A stretch of DNA of 64,000 bases from Thermodesulfovibrio sp. (GCA_020725335.1 DYFF01000020.1:146434-210433), one strand, 5' to 3'. Shown: positions 44,380 through 53,359, counted from the first letter of the stretch. The notes: a model not told the origin generated them from the sequence alone. Program-made: numbers and translations.

Positions 44380-45824
44380 CCCTTTATAACTCCCATTGGC
44401 TTTAGCTTTACAACCTTTCTGGCTATGCCAGCATTGTGAACTACATCAACAACATTTGATACATCTTTATAAGCATCAGGCATTTCCTCTGCAAGAGTTT
44501 CTTTGCCAGCAGACCTAACAACTATCCCTCTTTCAGCAAGCTCCTGTTTAATTGATCTTCCTTTTGCCTGCTTAATTGCCTGATTTCTACTTAAAAGCCT
44601 ACCTGCTCCATGACAAGTTGAACCAAAGGTTTCTTCCATTGCTTTTGGCAGTCCGATTAAAACAAAAGAAACCCTTCCCATATCTCCTGGAATTAACACG
44701 GGTTGACCGATTTCTCTGTAACACTCGGGTAACTCAGGGTGTTCCTTCGGGAAGGCTCTTGTAGCACCTTTTCTGTGAATAATAAGTTTCTTTCTTTTAC
44801 CATCTACTATATGAAACTCCTCTTTTGCAATGTTATGGGCAACATCAAAAACAACTTTCATGCCTAAATCTTTTGGTGTAAGTTTAAAAAGCCTGAGGAA
44901 TACCTCTCTTGTCCAATGCATAAGACACTGCCTATTAGCCCAGGCATAGTTTGCAGCACCTTTCATAGCTGCAAAATACTGTTGCCCCTCTCTGCTACGA
45001 AAGGGAACACAGGCAAGCTCTTTATCAGGAAGTTCTATTCCATATTTTTTTGCAGCCTGTAACATCACCCTTACATAATCATCACAAATCTGATGCCCAA
45101 AGCCCCTTGACCCTGTATGAATCATAACTGTAACCTGTCCCTTTGAAAGTCCCATCGCTGTTGCTATATCAGGTTCGTACACCTCTGCCACATACTGAAC
45201 TTCAAGAAAGTGGTTACCTGAACCAAGAGTGCCTTGTTGCGCCCTACCTCTTTCATAGGCTTTCTGGCTTATTGCCTCGGGATCTGCACCTTCAAGGCAT
45301 CCATAAGATTCAATTCTTTGAAGGTCATCGGCATCACCAAAGCCTTGCTCAACTGCCCATATCGCCCCTTTTTTTATAACTTCCTTTTCATCTTTTTGTG
45401 AAAGTTTTATTTTTCCAGTTGAACCAACTCCTGATGGAATGTGAGTATAAAGGAGGTCTATAAGCTCTTGTATTTTAGTCTCCACTTCCTCTCGGATTAA
45501 ATTACTTTTAAGAAGCCTTACCCCACAATTAATGTCGTAGCCCACACCTCCAGGGGAGATTACACCTTCTTCAGCATCAAAGGCTGCAACACCACCGATT
45601 GGAAATCCGTAGCCTGTGTGAATATCTGGCATAGCAAGGGATTTACCTACAATACCTGGAAGAGTTGCCACATTCGCAACTTGTTTTACTGATTCAACTT
45701 CAAGTTCCTCTTCAAGGGTTTCATCTACAAAAATTATTCCCTCTGTTTTCATACCCTGAACAAAGCCTATCGGAACTCTAAGTCTATAGGGGTCTATTCT
45801 TTCAATTCCTTCAATTTTAGCCAT
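44376..45824 (-). CDS. rtcB: RNA-splicing ligase RtcB
   Basis: MPDIHTGYGFPIGGV, GGVGYDINCGVR, GSGNHFLE, HTGSRGFGHQ and CHGAGR are RtcB metal and GTP-site motifs. Confidence 0.92.
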   Translation of the reverse strand: MAKIEGIERIDPYRLRVPIGFVQGMKTEGIIFVDETLEEELEVESVKQVANVATLPGIVGKSLAMPDIHTGYGFPIGGVAAFDAEEGVISPGGVGYDINCGVRLLKSNLIREEVETKIQELIDLLYTHIPSGVGSTGKIKLSQKDEKEVIKKGAIWAVEQGFGDADDLQRIESYGCLEGADPEAISQKAYERGRAQQGTLGSGNHFLEVQYVAEVYEPDIATAMGLSKGQVTVMIHTGSRGFGHQICDDYVRVMLQAAKKYGIELPDKELACVPFRSREGQQYFAAMKGAANYAWANRQCLMHWTREVFLRLFKLTPKDLGMKVVFDVAHNIAKEEFHIVDGKRKKLIIHRKGATRAFPKEHPELPECYREIGQPVLIPGDMGRVSFVLIGLPKAMEETFGSTCHGAGRLLSRNQAIKQAKGRSIKQELAERGIVVRSAGKETLAEEMPDAYKDVSNVVDVVHNAGIARKVVKLKPMGVIKG

Positions 45825-45866
45825 GGAGACACCTCCTTAGAAAAAGGCTATGATTTTATTATAGCC

Positions 45867-46277
45867 TTAAATATCGAAAATTATCTCGGCAACCCAGATC
45901 GAATCTTCTCTTTTTAAAAGGAGGTTATGATAGGTAGCAGCTTTTACAAGAAGTTTTCTTTCATGCTTTTCAGGGTTAAATTGCTCACCTTTAACCTTAG
46001 CATGAATATGATTTTCTCTAATGGTTAAAGATAGGGACTTACCGATAAAGCCGTAAGTATCGAATTGAAAAATAAGTTCATTTAAAAAACTCACAAGAAG
46101 GTCTTCAAGGCTTTCTTCAATTATATTAATTGCAATCTCCTCTTTTATCTCTAATCTATCTAAATCAGTTATGAGACTATAAAGTCCTAATGCCGCATTA
46201 ATGAAACAATCCTCAAGACTATCACCTTCTGCTCTTATTCCAATGTCGCCAGATACATCTATAACTCTGTAGCTCAT
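45867..46277 (-). CDS. archease
   Basis: About 136 aa. The N-terminal DVSGDIGI and the C-terminal KAATYHNL...AEIIFDI match archease. It lies immediately upstream of rtcB. Confidence 0.85.
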   Translation of the reverse strand: MSYRVIDVSGDIGIRAEGDSLEDCFINAALGLYSLITDLDRLEIKEEIAINIIEESLEDLLVSFLNELIFQFDTYGFIGKSLSLTIRENHIHAKVKGEQFNPEKHERKLLVKAATYHNLLLKREDSIWVAEIIFDI

Positions 46278-46702
46278 TCTATACTTTTCAAAGCATCTTC
46301 AATAAATGCTCTTACCTGAGGATCAGATTCATTCTTTAACGCATCAAGTAAAGCTGACTTAGCTGAGGAATCAGCAATTATTTCAAGAGCATAGGCAGCA
46401 TCACCCCGAATATTTTTAGATGGGGACCCCAGCAGCTGAACTATCGATGGAACTATTGATTTTAAAATTTCTCGGTTTCTTTCTTTCAATTCTTCAAGTA
46501 TTGCAAATGCTCCAACTTTAAGCCTAATTCTTTCATCAGCAATCATCTTAGGTATCAAGCTAACTTGCCATGGTTCATGCTCAAAAAAAGTAATAATACT
46601 CTCAAGATATCCGTTGTCAAGATAGTCAAACAACATCTTTTCAAAAGCTTCGCCTTCCCAGTTACTAAAACTCTTACCATTGGCACCCATGTTATTACCC
46701 AT
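46274..46702 (-). CDS. HEAT-repeat protein
   Basis: Helical repeats SPSKNIRGDAAYALEII and ESDPQVRAFIEDAL resemble PBS-lyase HEAT-like repeats. The gene overlaps both neighbours. Confidence 0.6.
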   Translation of the reverse strand: MGNNMGANGKSFSNWEGEAFEKMLFDYLDNGYLESIITFFEHEPWQVSLIPKMIADERIRLKVGAFAILEELKERNREILKSIVPSIVQLLGSPSKNIRGDAAYALEIIADSSAKSALLDALKNESDPQVRAFIEDALKSIE

Positions 46703-47636
46703 GCCAATCAGATTTTATGTGGCTTCTTCCTCTTACATATTTTTCTGCCGAAAGCGCAGCAATTGCTCCTTGAGCACAAGCTATAACAACCTGTCTTGCA
46801 TGAGGGCTTGCCACATCACCTGCTGCGAAAATACCCCGAATATTTGTCTGCATGAAATTATCTACTATAATAAATCCTCTTTCATCAACCTGTAAAGACT
46901 CGCCAAGAAAATCAGTAACAGGTTGAGAGCCCTGAAGATAAACAAAAACTCCTGAAATTTCAATGTGCTTTTCTACTCCTTCTTTATCTTTAATCAAAAT
47001 CCCTGTTACAAAATCTGTCCCTGTTATCTCTTTTATTGAATACCCTGTAAGTACTTTGACTTTCCTATTTGAAAAAACGGGATGCTCAGGGTCAATTTTA
47101 AGTTTCGAGGAAGGTGTTATTAAAAAGCATTCCTCTGCAAACTCTGTTAAATATTGAGCTTCCTTTGCTGCTTCCTCACTATCCCCTAAGACAGCCACTT
47201 TCTTTCCCCTAAAAAAAGGAGCATCGCATACAGCACAGTAACTTACTCCTCTTCCAAGAAGCTCTCCTTCTCCCTTTATGGTCGGTTTTCTCCCCATAGA
47301 GCCAGTGGCTATTATGACTGCCTTTCCCTTATAATTGCCACCCATTGTTATGACTTCCTTTGTCTCAGATACTAAATCAACTCCCACAACCTGTTCTTCT
47401 TTGTATTCAACTCCGAAGGATAATGTTTGTGAACGAATCCTATCAAGAAGTTCCTTGCCTGTTAAAGGTTTTTCAAGTCCAGGATAATTTTCAATTAAAG
47501 AAGCATAGGCTAAAGCTCCAGCAGTTTTTGATTTATCAAGAATAAGAGTTTTTAAATTTGCCCTTGCTGAATATATTCCTGCAGTTAATCCAGCAGGCCC
47601 GCCTCCTATGATTATTACATCATAAACTTCTGCCAT
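46695..47636 (-). CDS. thioredoxin reductase-like flavoprotein lacking canonical NADPH-binding motifs
   Basis: FAD motifs IIGGGPAGLTAG and GIFAAGDV, and redox CxxC (CAVC). Where TrxB has GGGNSAxEEA and HRRxxxR, this protein reads LGDSEEAAKEA and TPSSKLK. Confidence 0.75.
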   Translation of the reverse strand: MAEVYDVIIIGGGPAGLTAGIYSARANLKTLILDKSKTAGALAYASLIENYPGLEKPLTGKELLDRIRSQTLSFGVEYKEEQVVGVDLVSETKEVITMGGNYKGKAVIIATGSMGRKPTIKGEGELLGRGVSYCAVCDAPFFRGKKVAVLGDSEEAAKEAQYLTEFAEECFLITPSSKLKIDPEHPVFSNRKVKVLTGYSIKEITGTDFVTGILIKDKEGVEKHIEISGVFVYLQGSQPVTDFLGESLQVDERGFIIVDNFMQTNIRGIFAAGDVASPHARQVVIACAQGAIAALSAEKYVRGRSHIKSDWHG

Positions 47637-47645
47637 ATGAACCTC

Positions 47646-48206
47646 CTATAGAAGTTTCAAAAGGGTCTTTTTTACCCAAGTTGGTAGTTCTCCGTAATCT
47701 TCAAAACTAAGGAGAGCTCCAAGATAGAGTTTATAAGACTGATTTGGAAATTTTAGAGTGAAATCCTTTTCAAGCTTATCTTTGTTCCAGGTATAAATTT
47801 TATATAGAAATGCTGCATCAAAGGGATCCTTGGGGTCAACTCTTCTGCCTGCAGAGTATATTTTATTTAAAAAAATATCATAGTCACTTGCTTTTTTAAT
47901 TCCTTCGAATTTTTCTAAAGGGAGGATATTTCTAAATGGAAAAAATAGGAAGGAAACTCTGATATCATCAATATAGAAATCAATATTATCAGTAAATCTC
48001 TCTTCGCTCCGAATATTAAAAACTGCCCTTATTTTATGAGATACTCTATTGAAAGAGAAAGCCCTTTCCTTAAAAAAATCAAGATCTATGCTTTGTCTAT
48101 GATTATATTTGAACATTATTGCAGTTCCACCAGCAAGATAAAAATCTTTAAAAAGGCTCTGAATTTTCTTTGCTAACTCAAAGAGCTTTTCCATTTTTTT
48201 ATCCAA
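47646..48206 (-). CDS. AbiEii/AbiGii-type nucleotidyltransferase family protein (short form)
   Basis: FYLAGGTAIMFKYNHRQSIDLDFF carries the GGTA...R-x-S-x-D-L-D-F signature of DUF1814/AbiEii NTases. Confidence 0.6.
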   Translation of the reverse strand: MDKKMEKLFELAKKIQSLFKDFYLAGGTAIMFKYNHRQSIDLDFFKERAFSFNRVSHKIRAVFNIRSEERFTDNIDFYIDDIRVSFLFFPFRNILPLEKFEGIKKASDYDIFLNKIYSAGRRVDPKDPFDAAFLYKIYTWNKDKLEKDFTLKFPNQSYKLYLGALLSFEDYGELPTWVKKTLLKLL

Positions 48207-48427
48207 AATTTGACTCCTCTTTTTATTTCAGGATATTTCATAGCAATTTTATATGTTTCATCAGGATAAAGCTCAAAAATTTCTTTGATTTCTTCAAAAT
48301 TGCCGTACTTCAAAATTCTAAAAATTAATATTTCCAAAGGTGCTTTTTCTTTATAATCCCAAAGGTATCTGGAAAATTTTTCAGATATTTCAATTTTCTC
48401 AAAATAATCCCATTTAATTCTCATCAA
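48173..48427 (-). CDS. hypothetical small protein upstream of the AbiEii-like gene
   Basis: An 84-aa ORF overlaps the mqn gene stop by 14 nt and the NTase start by 34 nt, in the position of an antitoxin. I can recognise no HTH. Confidence 0.4.
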   Translation of the reverse strand: MMRIKWDYFEKIEISEKFSRYLWDYKEKAPLEILIFRILKYGNFEEIKEIFELYPDETYKIAMKYPEIKRGVKFWIKKWKSSLS

Positions 48428-49466
48428 AATATCTCAAAATATTGTAACAGGTATCTCTTTGTGCAGGTTTAAACCCTGCTGAACGGATTGCATTTACTAT
48501 CTCATCCAATGTAACTCTGTAACTAACCCCTGCAGCTCTTACAACATTTTCCTCAAGCATTGTTGAACCAAAATCATTAGCACCGAATCGAAGGCCTACT
48601 TGTGCAATCTTGATACCCTGTGTTACCCATGAGACTTGAATGTTTTTGAAATTATCAAGATAAATTCTACTTAATGAAAGAACTCTCAGATACTTGACAG
48701 CTCCAGCAGGCATGAGCTCTGGTTGCTCTCTTTTTAATTCCGTATTCCCGGGCTGAAAGCTCCAAGGAATAAAAGCAGTAAATCCTTCTGTTTCATCCTG
48801 AAGAGTTCTTATTGCATGAAGATGCTCAATAATGTCCTCATCGGTATCAACGCTTCCAAACATCATGGTTGCAGAAGTTTTCATACCAAGCCTATGGGCT
48901 TCACGCATTACATTAAGCCATTCTGAAGTCTTTATTTTATTCGGTGACTGTATCTCTCTTACCCTATCAGATAGTATTTCAGCACCTCCACCTGGTATAG
49001 AGCCAAGTCCTGCTTCTTTTAGCTTCAATAAGATATCTCTTATTGACAATCCCTCTTTTTTAGAGAGAAAATTTATCTCTGGAGGTGAAAAGCCATGCAC
49101 ATGAATTTTAAAATTGCTCTTTATAAACCTTAACATTTCCAAATAAAAATCAAGTCCCAATTCAGGGTGCACACCGCCTTGCAAAAGTATCTGAGTACCT
49201 CCATTTTGTATTGTCTCCTCTATCTTTTTTGCAAGCTCTTTGTAGGAAAGCACATAGGCTTCAGAGTGTTCCTTCGGTCTCCAAAAGGCACAAAATTTAC
49301 ATTTATTAATACACACATTTGTATAGTTAATGTTTCTGTCAACAATAAATGTAACAATGCCCTCAGGATGCAGGCGCTGCCTAATTTTATCTGCCTCTTC
49401 TCCTAGTTCATAGATTGAAGATTCTTTAAGAAGTTTTAAGGCTTTCTCTTTATTAATTCTTATCAT
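48414..49466 (-). CDS. radical SAM menaquinone biosynthesis enzyme (MqnC/MqnE family)
   Basis: INYTNVCINKCKFCAF carries CxxxCxxC. The overall length and the GGAEIL and FIPWSFQP motifs are typical of futalosine-pathway radical SAM enzymes. It is a paralog of the next gene. Confidence 0.8.
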   Translation of the reverse strand: MIRINKEKALKLLKESSIYELGEEADKIRQRLHPEGIVTFIVDRNINYTNVCINKCKFCAFWRPKEHSEAYVLSYKELAKKIEETIQNGGTQILLQGGVHPELGLDFYLEMLRFIKSNFKIHVHGFSPPEINFLSKKEGLSIRDILLKLKEAGLGSIPGGGAEILSDRVREIQSPNKIKTSEWLNVMREAHRLGMKTSATMMFGSVDTDEDIIEHLHAIRTLQDETEGFTAFIPWSFQPGNTELKREQPELMPAGAVKYLRVLSLSRIYLDNFKNIQVSWVTQGIKIAQVGLRFGANDFGSTMLEENVVRAAGVSYRVTLDEIVNAIRSAGFKPAQRDTCYNILRYFDEN

Positions 49467-49474
49467 TTACGTAA

Positions 49475-50548
49475 CTAATATATTCTCAAAATATTATAAA
49501 AACTATCTCTTTCTGCAGGCACTTTATCTGTCTCCTTAATTAGATGAATTAGTTCTTCAACTGTAGTACTTATCTTGGAACGAGCACCTGCTGAATGAGC
49601 AATCTTCTCTTCAATAACTGTTCCCTCTATGCAGTCAGCACCAAAAAGAAGAGCGAGTTGCGCAAGTTTTTCCCCAAGCATTATCCAGTATGCCTTTATG
49701 TGTGGAATGTTATCGAGAATAAGTCTTGATACAGCAATTGTCTTTAAATCATCAATACCTGATGGATATGAAACTTTTATATCTGTATTTTCAGGTTGAT
49801 AGCTTAATGGAATAAATGCCAAAAAACCACCTGTTTCATCCTGCAGGTCTCTAAGTTTAAGCAAATGATCAACTCTATCCTCATAAGATTCTATATGACC
49901 ATATAGCATTGTAGCATTAGTTTTTATGCCAACCTTATGTGCTAATTTTATAATCTCAAGCCATCTTTCTCCTGAAATTTTCTCTGGACACAAAATATTA
50001 CGAACCTCTGAATTAAAAATCTCTGCGCCTCCACCGGGAATTATATCGAGTCCATTTTCTTTTAATCTATTTAATATATCCTCAACCCTCAAATTCGATT
50101 TTTTGGCAAAGTAATCTATCTCTACTGCGGTAAAAGCCTTTATGCCAATATTAGGGAATTCACTCTTTATGTTTTTTATCATTTCAAGATAGTATTCAAA
50201 TGGCCAGTCAGGATGTAAAGCAGAGACAATATGAACTTCACTTAAATATCCCATATTTTTACAAGCCTCTCTTAAGCCTGCTAATATCTCATCTATAGTC
50301 ATCTCATAAGAGCCTTCCTCTCCCTTTGAACGAGAAAAAGCGCAGAAACGACAACGATTAATACATATATTTGTAGGATTTATATGCCTATTAATAATAA
50401 AGTATGCTCTGTTTGAGTTTATTTTTCTACAAAATTCATCCGCCAATTTACCAATCTTGTGAATGTCATCTAAATTAAAAAGATATAAAGCATCCTCTTT
50501 ATTAAGCCTTTGTCCTTGGCTAAGTTTTCTTTCGATTTCGCTAAACAT
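49475..50548 (-). CDS. radical SAM menaquinone biosynthesis enzyme (MqnE/MqnC family)
   Basis: INPTNICINRCRFCAF carries CxxxCxxC, with GGAEIF and FIPLSYQP. I cannot say which of the two paralogs is MqnC and which MqnE. Confidence 0.8.
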   Translation of the reverse strand: MFSEIERKLSQGQRLNKEDALYLFNLDDIHKIGKLADEFCRKINSNRAYFIINRHINPTNICINRCRFCAFSRSKGEEGSYEMTIDEILAGLREACKNMGYLSEVHIVSALHPDWPFEYYLEMIKNIKSEFPNIGIKAFTAVEIDYFAKKSNLRVEDILNRLKENGLDIIPGGGAEIFNSEVRNILCPEKISGERWLEIIKLAHKVGIKTNATMLYGHIESYEDRVDHLLKLRDLQDETGGFLAFIPLSYQPENTDIKVSYPSGIDDLKTIAVSRLILDNIPHIKAYWIMLGEKLAQLALLFGADCIEGTVIEEKIAHSAGARSKISTTVEELIHLIKETDKVPAERDSFYNILRIY

Positions 50549-50777
50549 AAGCTTATTATATCACTGCTCTTGTATTTCCTCAAAATAAAATAGACAAGCT
50601 TTAGGTTCAAGGAAAGTGTTATACAAGAGTTATACCCTTTTAGGAATAAAACGAAGAGCAACTATTATTGAAAATACACCCTATTTTTTTAATTTTCCAA
50701 GTTTATGCATAATTAATTTAACATCAACCTTTTTATTATAACATTTGACATTTTCGTTAATATTTATTGTATTCTAA

Positions 50778-50837
50778 AGGAGGCGATGGAGTTCGCCTTT
50801 AACCGCCTCTGATTTTCAGCGGCTGATAACTCCTACC
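50778..50837 (+). ncRNA. fluoride riboswitch (crcB RNA motif)
   Basis: GGCGAUGGAGUUCGCC-UUUAAC-CGCC..GCGG-CUGAUAACUCCUAC. P1 is GGCG 50782-85 with CGCC 50794-97. P3 is CCGC 50803-06 with GCGG 50819-22. The pseudoknot is GGAGUU 50788-93 with AACUCC 50828-33. The conserved GAUGG, CUGAU and CCUAC blocks are present. It lies 38 nt upstream of the antiporter ATG. Confidence 0.85.
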
Positions 50838-50874
50838 TTAACGGTAGAGTTATACCCTGAAAAGGAGGCATAGC

Positions 50875-52035
50875 ATGTTCGAGATTCTTCTTAAGGCATC
50901 TTTCTGGTTTTTACTTGCTTTAATTTCCACAATCTTAGCCACAAAGCTTCGTTTGGCAACAGCTTTAACTGAAATAACAGTTGGAGCAATCGCAAGCCTG
51001 GTTATTGCTGGAACAGGAATATCCATTGGTGAAAATGACCTTTGGATTAAATTCATTGCAGGTGTTGGTGCTGTAATGCTTACATTTTTAGCTGGCGCAG
51101 AGCTTGAACCTGAAGTTTTAAAATCTCGTTGGAAAGAGACCATAGGTATAGGATTAATAGCCTTTTTTGCACCTTTTTTGGGATGTGCAGCAGTTGCCTA
51201 CTACATTCTTGGTTGGAGTCTTAAAGCAAGCTGGCTTGCCGGTGTTGCTCTTTCAACAACCTCTGTAGCAGTGGTTTATGCAGTTATGCTTGAGCTTGGA
51301 CTTAATAAAACAGAATTTGGCAAAGTAATTCTTGCAGCCTGCTTCGTCAATGACCTTGGAACAGTAGTAGCCCTCGGTTTAATTTTCTCACCCTTTACCA
51401 CTAATTCTCTTATTTTTATGATTGTAATGGTAGCAGTTGCTATTTTAGTTCCTCTTATTACTCCAAAAATATTTAAAAAATTCGGTAACAAACCTTCAGA
51501 GTTTGAGACAAAATACTTACTCTTTATTCTTTTTGGTATCGGCGCTCTTGCCTTATGGTCAGGAAGTGAAGCAGTTCTCCCTGCCTATATTATCGGTATG
51601 GTATTAGCAGGAAGTGTTGGCAAGGACAGTCAGCTAATAAGAAGGCTTAGAACTCTTACAATAGGCTTTTTAACTCCAATTTATTTCTTAAGAGCTGGAT
51701 ATTTTGTTTCAATCCCATCAATTATTGCTGCACCAGTGGCTCTTTTGATATTATTAAGTGGAAAAATGATAACAAAAATCGCAGGTGTTTATCCGGTTAC
51801 AAAACTATTTAAATTCAGACATAAAGAGGGAATGTATACAACGCTTCTTATGTCAACTGGGCTTACCTTTGGTTCAATTTCAGCACTCTTTGGTTTAACT
51901 CATGGAATAATTAACCAACATCAGTATTCTCTTTTGATCGCAGCAGTAATTGGCAGCGCTATTATTCCAACAATCATAGCAAATGCCTTTTATCTACCAA
52001 AATATCTCTTACCTAAGACAAAAAAGGAGGGCTAA
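50875..52035 (+). CDS. cation:proton antiporter (Na+/H+ exchanger family)
   Basis: About 11-12 TM helices. N-terminal TEITVGAI and FLAGAELE resemble Na_H_Exchanger (CPA) motifs. SD AGGAGG at 50863-68. Confidence 0.85.
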   Translation: MFEILLKASFWFLLALISTILATKLRLATALTEITVGAIASLVIAGTGISIGENDLWIKFIAGVGAVMLTFLAGAELEPEVLKSRWKETIGIGLIAFFAPFLGCAAVAYYILGWSLKASWLAGVALSTTSVAVVYAVMLELGLNKTEFGKVILAACFVNDLGTVVALGLIFSPFTTNSLIFMIVMVAVAILVPLITPKIFKKFGNKPSEFETKYLLFILFGIGALALWSGSEAVLPAYIIGMVLAGSVGKDSQLIRRLRTLTIGFLTPIYFLRAGYFVSIPSIIAAPVALLILLSGKMITKIAGVYPVTKLFKFRHKEGMYTTLLMSTGLTFGSISALFGLTHGIINQHQYSLLIAAVIGSAIIPTIIANAFYLPKYLLPKTKKEG

Positions 52036-52037
52036 AT

Positions 52038-52463
52038 ATGCTTAAAAAAATTTTAGTTGCCTTTGACGGCTCTGAGGAATCTGTGAAAGCTTTTAATTTT
52101 GCTTTAAGCCTCGTAGATGAGTTTGCTTCAAAGGATAAAGAAATCCTTCTTCTTTCTGTAGCACAGCCGCCAGAACATGGCGAGATAGTAGAAACTAAAG
52201 CAGTTATTGATAGCGCCACTGAATACTACAAAAGAGAGTTTGAAAAAATATTGCCAATAGCAAAAGCACATTCAGTAGAAGTAAAAACTGATATTGCAGT
52301 AGGACATCCAGCTGACCAGATTGTAAGATACGCCTCAGAAAATGGCTTTGATATGATAATAATGGGGCAAAGAGGTATGTCAAAGATTGAAAGATGGTTG
52401 CTTGGTTCAGTATCCCGTAGAGTTGCTACATACGCTACATGTCCTGTGGTGATTGTGAAATAG
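52038..52463 (+). CDS. universal stress protein
   Basis: A single UspA domain ending GQRGMSKIERWLLGSVSRRVATYATCPVVIV. The start is 2 nt after the antiporter stop. Confidence 0.85.
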   Translation: MLKKILVAFDGSEESVKAFNFALSLVDEFASKDKEILLLSVAQPPEHGEIVETKAVIDSATEYYKREFEKILPIAKAHSVEVKTDIAVGHPADQIVRYASENGFDMIIMGQRGMSKIERWLLGSVSRRVATYATCPVVIVK

Positions 52464-52565
52464 CACAGTATTTTTAATTTTTAAGTTCAATATCAAAAAA
52501 TATTGAAAACTTAAATATTAGTGTTGTATATTGTTAATTAGATTTAAATCTAAAGGGGGCATAAG

Positions 52566-52760
52566 ATGCTTAGTTATCAAGATTTATTTCTTTTTTCAAT
52601 AATTATAATTGTTCTTTTTGGTTCATCAAAGCTACCTGAAATTGGTAAAGGACTGGGAGAAGCTATAAGAGGATTCAAAAAAGCAGTATCAGACTCAGAG
52701 TCAAATTCAAATAAAGATATGGACGAAACTTTAAAAATTGAACATAAGAAACAAAGTTAA
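52566..52760 (+). CDS. tatA: twin-arginine translocase subunit TatA/E
   Basis: A short TM helix followed by LFGSSKLPEIGKGLGEAIRGFKKA, the TatA hinge and amphipathic-helix signature. Confidence 0.8.
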   Translation: MLSYQDLFLFSIIIIVLFGSSKLPEIGKGLGEAIRGFKKAVSDSESNSNKDMDETLKIEHKKQS

Positions 52761-53359
52761 ACATTACCTTGCTTTTGCTTTGAATAAAATTTAAGTAATA
52801 CCAGCTTACCTATAATTATTCCTAAAACAGTTCCTGCTATCACATCAGAGGGGAAATGAGCAAAGTCCTCAACTCTTTCAAATCCAACCCAACCTGCAAG
52901 AATATAGAAAAGAATACTATATCTCGGATAGTAATTTGATAAGACCGTTGCGACCATAAATGCAAAAGTAGTATGCCCTGAAGGAAAGGAAGAATAAGTA
53001 TAGCCAAAAGAAGGTCCATTAAAGAAACAACCATCAACTGAAGCTGAAGGTCTTGCCCTGCCAAAGATATGCTTAATCTGGACAAATATACCTGTAAGAA
53101 CCATCCCTACTGCAAGAGATTTACCAAAATCCTTTTTAGTAATTAAACCATAAATTGTAAAAATCACTGTAACCACAAATATGCCATAATAGAAGAATTT
53201 CATTCCTGCATCTAAAATCTCAAAGAAAGAATGAATAGCTGGGTAAGTTGATTGAAAATCTTTTATAAAAAACATAATTTTTTTATCAAAGAATAAGATA
53301 AACAATAAGATTAAAAAAATAACAAAAAAAATCTTTTTATAGTTTTTCAAGAACTGCAT
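52757..53359 (-). CDS. PAP2 family phosphatase
   Basis: The three PAP2 motifs are KHIFGRARPS, PSGHT and SR-like ERVEDFAHFPSDV. Confidence 0.8.
   Translation of the reverse strand: MQFLKNYKKIFFVIFLILLFILFFDKKIMFFIKDFQSTYPAIHSFFEILDAGMKFFYYGIFVVTVIFTIYGLITKKDFGKSLAVGMVLTGIFVQIKHIFGRARPSASVDGCFFNGPSFGYTYSSFPSGHTTFAFMVATVLSNYYPRYSILFYILAGWVGFERVEDFAHFPSDVIAGTVLGIIIGKLVLLKFYSKQKQGNV

Noticed and set aside
50850-51143. 97-aa minus-strand ORF overlapping the antiporter start
   Set aside because: It overlaps the antiporter N-terminus on the opposite strand and would end next to the riboswitch expression platform. It has no RBS. The plus-strand TM protein is clearly real.
52481-52551. AT-only palindromes TTCAATAT-N6-ATATTGAA and TAGATTTAAATCTA upstream of tatA
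   Set aside because: They consist purely of A/T in an AT-rich spacer, so chance occurrence is high. The first may act as a weak terminator for the usp gene, but no U-tract follows.
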